Program-made: the position numbers and the translations under genes
In this document: positions 62,440 through 64,000 of the stretch, piece by piece
Layout: every line of letters starts with the position of its first letter
Numbering within the stretch: the stretch's first letter is position 1
The notes under the pieces: model-generated
Told to the model about the DNA's origin: nothing
Database searches by the model: none
Seen by the model: the letters and a program-made list of their open reading frames with translations, nothing else
Assembly (NCBI GenBank): GCA_024137785.1
Contig: JAHRHZ010000109.1
Location: 1,159,659-1,223,658 of the forward strand
Length of the DNA stretch: 64,000 nt
Source of the DNA: Ginglymostoma cirratum
Taxonomy: Eukaryota
Direction of reading: 5' to 3'

Positions 62440-62507
62440 TTTTCACTTATACATGCCAACGCTGTATAATACCCTGAGGAAGAATCATGCCTCTGGACCA
62501 ACAAGCC
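62440..62507 (-). pseudogene. tRNA-Pro(AGG) 5' half plus intron-like sequence, 3' half lost
   Basis: Reverse complement GGCTTGTTGGTCCAGAGGCATGATT CTTCC TC AGG G [TATTATACAGCGTTGG...]. The insert start and upstream flank are homologous to the 16203 copy. Confidence 0.75.
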
Positions 62508-63582
62508 GCTCCCATTGTTTGCTTGCCCAGCTCTGAACCAGCTGAGACTTGCTCAGAGCGAAGTACTTCGGACGTTGCTCCAGGATTTCGAAGCAGCAAA
62601 CAGTTTCAAGAACATTTGCCTCTCATTCTTTCTCCCTGCTCCTGGGCCGGTGCTGTTTGCACTTTCCCTGGGACTGGGTTCTCTCCATTGGTGAATTCAA
62701 TCAATTTCTTCCACTTGGATCACAAAATATTTTGTAAGATTCGCAAAGCTGGAGACTGAGTTTTTCTTTTTCTTTTCCTTTCCATGTTTCCACCTACCAA
62801 TTGATTTTTCCCCCAAAATCTCGTCGCAATCCTCCGGCTTCATCATGCCCACAACTTAGGGAATTCGGTTGTGTGGAGAGATTCCAGAGGCCGGGATTGT
62901 TCTGTTTAAGGCTTGAATGAATAAATGGAGATTTGTTGGCATAAGTGTTTTGATGAAGCAGACAGCGAGAAACTGTTTCTAGGGGACTGGCATTTTAGAA
63001 CATAGAAGATAAAGACAGTTGCGTTAATGTGGGACATTTCACCACCCGTGATGAGGTCTGTTGATCACGGGCAGATGTTCTTAAAACTTGCTTCCTGTTT
63101 CTCCACACATGATATATTCACCATCGAGAGACTGAGGGATCTCGATCTCATCGAAACCAGTCCTCATTAATGAAGATTGGAGATACTCAACGTCCGGAAT
63201 TGCCCGCGCTTTAAAAGCGAAAACTGCTACGATTGACGCTATCCACATAAAACAGGATTCATACCCTAGATCAATTAGCCAGCAACAGCACAGAGCTGTT
63301 AACACTAAATCAAGTGAGTTTTCTTGTAAAGTAAGAATTTTCCGTTGCTTCGGGAAGTGAAAGCAGCACTGAGTATTAAGAGCAGCTTCTTCCCATTCTG
63401 ACCACCTGCTCCCAAGAGGCTGAGTCAGCTCCCTCCTCCCCCGGGACTGGCCCCTCTCCATTGGCGGCTGCAGTAAATCATCTTCCACTGGCTGGCCGTT
63501 CTGAAGGAGAACAGCACGAATGCGCTCTTCAGCTGCCTGTCATACACGCGCTTGCGGGGCATGGAAGCGGGGTGGTGGCAGT

Positions 63583-63802
63583 GGGAGGTATGCAAAGTGT
63601 GGCAGGTATGCAAAGTGTGGAAGGCTGTGCAAAAGAGAGATTGCGCATGCATAACAACTAAAATTCTGTTGGGAACCTCTTCCAAATTGTGCATCTGAGA
63701 CAATGCAAAAAATGCAGAGCTGCTCGGAAGGAGAGAATATTCCCCAATAAAGGAGATTTCCATCTGTGTCTTTCTGGATGTCCATCTGTGTCTTTCTGGA
63801 TG
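63583..63802. repeat. Two short perfect local duplications
   Basis: aggtatgcaaagtgtgg twice with an 18-nt period (~63583-63620), and tccatctgtgtctttctggatg twice (~63760-63802). Confidence 0.8.
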
Positions 63803-64000
63803 TCACAGAGAGGTCGATGCAACCTGAAACAGCGTTGGGTGATACTGCAGGGAGTTCTGTCTCTCAGACACACTGCCCCTGAAGTGCATAAACTTCACCA
63901 CGTTGTTCTCAGCTCAGAGAATACATCTTACTATTCAAACCATCCCGAAGTGACAGAGAACGGGAAAAGGCATCACAGTCCACGATCCTGACAGCTCCTG

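Overview
Eukaryotic, non-genic repeat-rich DNA, most likely from a cartilaginous fish (shark). This is inferred from HE1/V-SINE-type SINEs, shark-type CR1 LINE fragments and a member of the expanded GPR139/GPR142-like receptor family. The window opens with a frameshifted single-exon GPR139-like GPCR (1-862). The rest is a decayed tRNA gene cluster: about 40 tRNA-derived sequences (Asp, Ile, Pro, iMet, Arg, Glu, Leu, Val, Thr, Ser, Asn, Lys), nearly all with stem or A/B-box lesions, carried in tandem, dispersed and inverted 1-3 kb duplication cassettes and interleaved with CR1/LINE, SINE and short repeat fragments. The most notable observation is that all eight tRNA-Pro-type sequences I recognised carry an extra segment at the canonical intron position (after nt 37): 13-23 nt in the seven complete copies. 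tRNA-Pro is not among the standard intron-containing vertebrate families. Two copies also pair the Pro body with a CAC anticodon and covarying stems. tRNA identities come from by-eye comparison with remembered canonical vertebrate tRNAs. Repeat and duplication boundaries are approximate. Almost all ORFs in the track are spurious.
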